A DNA stretch of 64,000 nt from Setoptus koraiensis (Eukaryota; Animalia; Arthropoda). How positions within the stretch are numbered: the first letter of the stretch is position 1; every line of letters starts with the position of its first letter. Shown here piece by piece: positions 60,432 through 64,000 of the stretch. Position numbers and translations under genes: made by a program. The stretch is taken from assembly GCA_048013815.1 (NCBI GenBank), contig CM106586.1, forward strand, positions 16,554,001 through 16,618,000, in the 5' to 3' direction. The notes under the pieces are model-generated. The model searched no databases and was not told the DNA's origin. It saw nothing but the letters and a program-made list of their open reading frames with translations.

Positions 60432-61864
60432 ATGAAATCTTCAACGTGTCGAGCTATTCTTTGCGCTGTGACTTTAGTCATCTTGGCTACTGACTTTGCT
60501 ATTGCAACCGTTACTCTAAAAGCGGAGCACCTGTTCGACAATGAAAAACTAGAAGAGATCTTTTCGAGTTTCATCCAGCTGAATGGAAGGCTGGACAATA
60601 ACTCAACGAGAGAAGTTTACTCGGTTCGCAAGGCTATTTTCAAACAGAACATGTTAAAAGTGCTCAGATTGAACAGGATACAACAAGGATCAGCCAAATT
60701 TGGTGTGAGCATATTCGCTGACCGAACCGAACCTGAATTCAAGCAATTGCTCGGATACAATCCAAAATTAGCAAAATTATCAACGGAAGAAGATAATGGT
60801 CTTGACTTCGAAGTACTTTTCAATGAGTTACTCAAAGAGGAGGAGAAGAGCGAGAAGGAATTGCTGGAATCAATGCCATCAACATTCGATTGGCGAGATC
60901 ACGAGGGCGTCGTCACTCGTGTCAAGGATCAAGGTAACTGGTGAGATGATCGAGTGTTCTTTCGAGAATTCTCCAGATAAGCTAACTAATTATGGCCGTG
61001 TTTTTGGAAAATCCTCACAGGTAAACGATGTGGTTCATGTTGGGCTTTCGCTACTACGGGTAACATTGAGGGCCAGTACAAAGTTAAAAAAGGCATAACT
61101 GTCTCATTATCGGAGCAAGGTGAGCAGCAAGTCTCTCGATTGCATCGTTACATTTTGCGCCATACTATCTAGATTGAATGCTAATCAATGTCTATTGATC
61201 ATGAATGAACGACATCACTGAATATTATTGGAATCTCTATGTTTGTTGATGGTGCTCAGATTTGATTGATTGCGACCAGGTCGATCAAGGTTGCAATGGT
61301 GGTCTACCCGAGATTGCCTACAAGCAGGTCATGAGCTTAGGTGAGTTTCGCAAGGTAACATCGTCTTGATAAATTCGGCTTGCCTGGCTAACATACAAAT
61401 CTTGTTGAATCAAATTCATAGGTGGACTAGAGAAAGAAGAAGATTACGCTTACACGGGCAACCAATCCAGGTGCAGCATGGATAAGAGACACAAAAAGTA
61501 TACCATTGATAATTTCACCCATTTAACACAAAATGACGAGAAAAGAATGAAGATTTGGCTGGCGAAACGTGGGCCAATCTCTGTGGCCATCGACGCAGAA
61601 GATTCATTAAAATATTATGTGGAGGGCGTTTATCTTCCAAATGAGGGCGACTGCAGTAAAAAACCAGAGAAACTCAACCACGCAGTACTAATAGTTGGAT
61701 ATGGCGTTGATGAGAAGCACAAACCAGAGCTTCCGTATTGGATCGTAAAAAATAGCTGGGGTACTCAATGGGGCGAAAGTGGCTTTTTTAGACTGTACCG
61801 AGGTATAAACGCCTGCGGAGTAGCTAATGATCCCAGTACCGCTTTGTTGCTGACAAAAGACTAA
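60432..61864 (+). CDS. CTSF: Cathepsin F-like papain-family (C1A) cysteine protease, 374 aa. Exons 60432-60933, 61021-61119, 61260-61340, 61422-61864.
   Basis: Signal peptide; I29 prodomain with [19 protein letters not shown] (cathepsin F-like GVTKFSDLTEEEF); [17 protein letters not shown]; CGSCWAF; SLSEQDLIDCD; GCNGGLP; [11 protein letters not shown]; [10 protein letters not shown]. Three phase-1 GT-AG introns give 1125 nt of coding sequence. Confidence 0.9.
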
Positions 61865-62265
61865 AGAAATCAAAGAGCCTGTTGCATTGGTTGATTGGAA
61901 GATTCTAATGTAAATGAATTCTTCAAACACCATACCAGACTAGTTATGTGCGGAACAGTTACATAAATAATATCAGTTTAGTGCAAATGAACTCAGGCAA
62001 ATTTATGGCGAAGCCAGTTGGTATTGATGAGGGGAATAAATAGATTGCTTGCTCTCGTTGCCGGCCCATTTTCTTCTTGTAACTCACAAAAATGTTTCTC
62101 TTTTTTTTTATTCACAACATCTCAGTGATACACAAAACCAGCCGATGAGAACTGCTTTTCGCCAAAATACATGTAATTAGTTTCGTAATCGACACCGATC
62201 CATAGAGAGCTATCGGATTGGGGTCGAACGGATTTTTGCGGCGATCGTGAGAGGTGACATGCATT

Positions 62266-63081
62266 TTACATTGCGGAATGTCCAAATACGGTTTGTTTCA
62301 GTTTATCTAGCGAATTGGTAGACTGACTTTTCAGGGTGAATTTAAATCTTTTGCCTTCGACGGGATGTATAATTCTTTTGTAGTTTTCCTCTCCAGCAAA
62401 ATCTCGCTTCAAATGGTATAGTTCCGCTTGTTCTACCCCGAACAGCTTTTTTGCTTCTTCGGCCCAAATCGTCACATTTCCGGTTGCCGTGCTGTCTCTT
62501 ATTCTCAAAATAGTTCTGTAATGAAATATTGGTTTCCGAAATTCGTTGCAGCAACCGCACCACCATCTACCGCCTCTCTGCTCTAAATTTGGGTAGCATC
62601 CGAATTGACACTCTGCGTAAAATCTTTCGCAATCAATAACATTCTCAATTACGATATCGACGTTACTATACATAGCCTGACCGGGAATAGCTTTGACCAA
62701 TTGTAGATCGAAGCACTCCCTCAATGTTCTTGGTGACTCCAGTCGTGCTTCGCTATTTTCACACTTCTCTATCGTGGTGTCTTTTTTAATATTACACGCT
62801 AACCAATTCTTGTATTTCTTAATATGTCCGCATTTTATATGATAAACTTTATCATATTCAACGACATTGCCAGTTCTACCATTGAAGTCGTTAACTCTAA
62901 TTGCACCAGATTGGTCGATAATTCTGAAACGAGAACACAAGCCATCTTGGAAACGATTGAGGCTTGTTTTCTTAGCAAAGAGACGACCTCTAATGTTGAC
63001 CACCTCCTGTCCATCAGTGACTGAAGCGATGTCCACAAAGTCTCCATCTTCACAAGCTCTACAAACGGTTACAAGAGACAT
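62266..63081 (-). CDS. Mini-RPA1 type II, 271 aa
   Basis: MSLVTVCRACED..VNIRGRL..IIDQSGAI..YHIKCGH..AECQFGC..WWCGCC..LRIRDSTATGNVTIWAEEAKKLFG..FKFTLKSQ. Confidence 0.82.
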   Translation of the reverse strand: MSLVTVCRACEDGDFVDIASVTDGQEVVNIRGRLFAKKTSLNRFQDGLCSRFRIIDQSGAIRVNDFNGRTGNVVEYDKVYHIKCGHIKKYKNWLACNIKKDTTIEKCENSEARLESPRTLRECFDLQLVKAIPGQAMYSNVDIVIENVIDCERFYAECQFGCYPNLEQRGGRWWCGCCNEFRKPIFHYRTILRIRDSTATGNVTIWAEEAKKLFGVEQAELYHLKRDFAGEENYKRIIHPVEGKRFKFTLKSQSTNSLDKLKQTVFGHSAM

Positions 63082-63170
63082 TTCAAATAAGATTTGTTTT
63101 CTCCGAGTAGCGGGTCATTGAAGTTTCTTTTGTGTCATCTCTAATGATTCATTGGAGTTGAGTATACCAC

Positions 63171-63201
63171 ACTGAGTCTGTCGGCATAGTTGCTATTTAT
63201 A
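63171..63201 (-). promoter_or_regulatory. TATA box plus TCAGT initiator of the 63081 copy
   Basis: The minus strand reads TATAAATAgcaactatgccgacagacTCAGT, the same arrangement as at 56594-56624. Confidence 0.65.
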
Positions 63202-64000
63202 TTATTGACCTAACTGGATGGTCCAAATAAACTATAGCGAAATGTCCCGCCTCTATGTTTTCAGTGATCGGATGAATTTAGTTCTGCATTCTATAGATAG
63301 TTGTTTCTTATGCTAGTCATATACGATTCATTGCATGACAGACTCGCTAGGAATCGAGTCATGCAGGAACCCAGCGTTTGTATTCCAGTTTCGCAGACCA
63401 CAAGCTGAACGGAAAACATGAAAAACAAAAAAGGATTATAAAATTGTCAAATTGATAGCGATAGTGTGCTGTCGAAATATTGTCACTATTGTATTGCATT
63501 GTCATTGAATAATTGTTTGATCTTGATATCTGTAGATGATAGGCTCGCAAAAGCGGCTGCTCAAAGCCCATTGAACTTGGTTTTGATGCATAGTGGATTT
63601 TATCTGATCGGCACGAAGGGGGGGGGGCTACATATTATAAATTGGCGAGCATCAATCAATTGAAGATTAATGATACTGCGATAACTCGTTCGTGGAGTAT
63701 TTTTTGCAAAAAAGTATGTGAAAGTGCATTTTGAATATATTGGTAGCCGTGTCAGCGCCTGATCATAAATTACAATGTCAGCTATTATGTTTGGTGAGAA
63801 GAGGTTGATAAGATTATTGTTGATAATGATTTAGCTAATAAAGGATTGACTAGATATTGCGTTCAGCATCATTGGAAACTTCATTTGTAACTTTTGAGGC
63901 CAGTTGCATTCTGTAATGTGAATGTTTATGTCGTCACAGTAACGATTGATTCCAATAATCATCTACGTAAAATTATCTGACCAGAACGATGGCAGGACCT

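Noticed and set aside
44592-63735. Idea that the mini-RPA copies are Helitron cargo
   Set aside because: RPA-like genes are known from plant Helitrons, but I found no Rep/helicase ORF and no consistent 5'-TC or hairpin-CTRR termini around the copies. It is not excluded genome-wide.

Overview
Eukaryotic, intron-poor arthropod-type genomic DNA. A compact mite-like genome such as an eriophyoid is plausible, but that is inference. Three zones are visible. (1) About 1-21.6 kb is GC-rich and packed with short local tandem repeats; it contains one clear gene, a CBF-beta (Brother/Big brother) with a very long low-complexity tail. (2) About 21.6-44.4 kb is gene-dense and mostly intronless: an orphan 4-exon secreted protein, pyruvate kinase, a BOD1/Shg1-like gene, cyclophilin, a PLEKHH/MAX-1-like gene, gamma-glutamyl hydrolase, COLGALT and neuferricin. 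(3) About 44.6-64 kb is a recently rearranged tandem cluster of about ten 'mini-RPA1' loci. These encode ~270-290 aa proteins in which an RPA70 DBD-A-like OB fold is joined directly to a DBD-C-like zinc-ribbon OB fold; they apparently lack DBD-F, DBD-B and the C-terminal trimerisation helix. Six copies are intact, one is split by a DD37E Tc1/mariner element, and three are fragments. They are co-duplicated with a cathepsin F-like gene (one intact, one internally deleted). The mini-RPA array is the main candidate for an undescribed system. All coordinates, alignments and family calls were made by eye without database searches.
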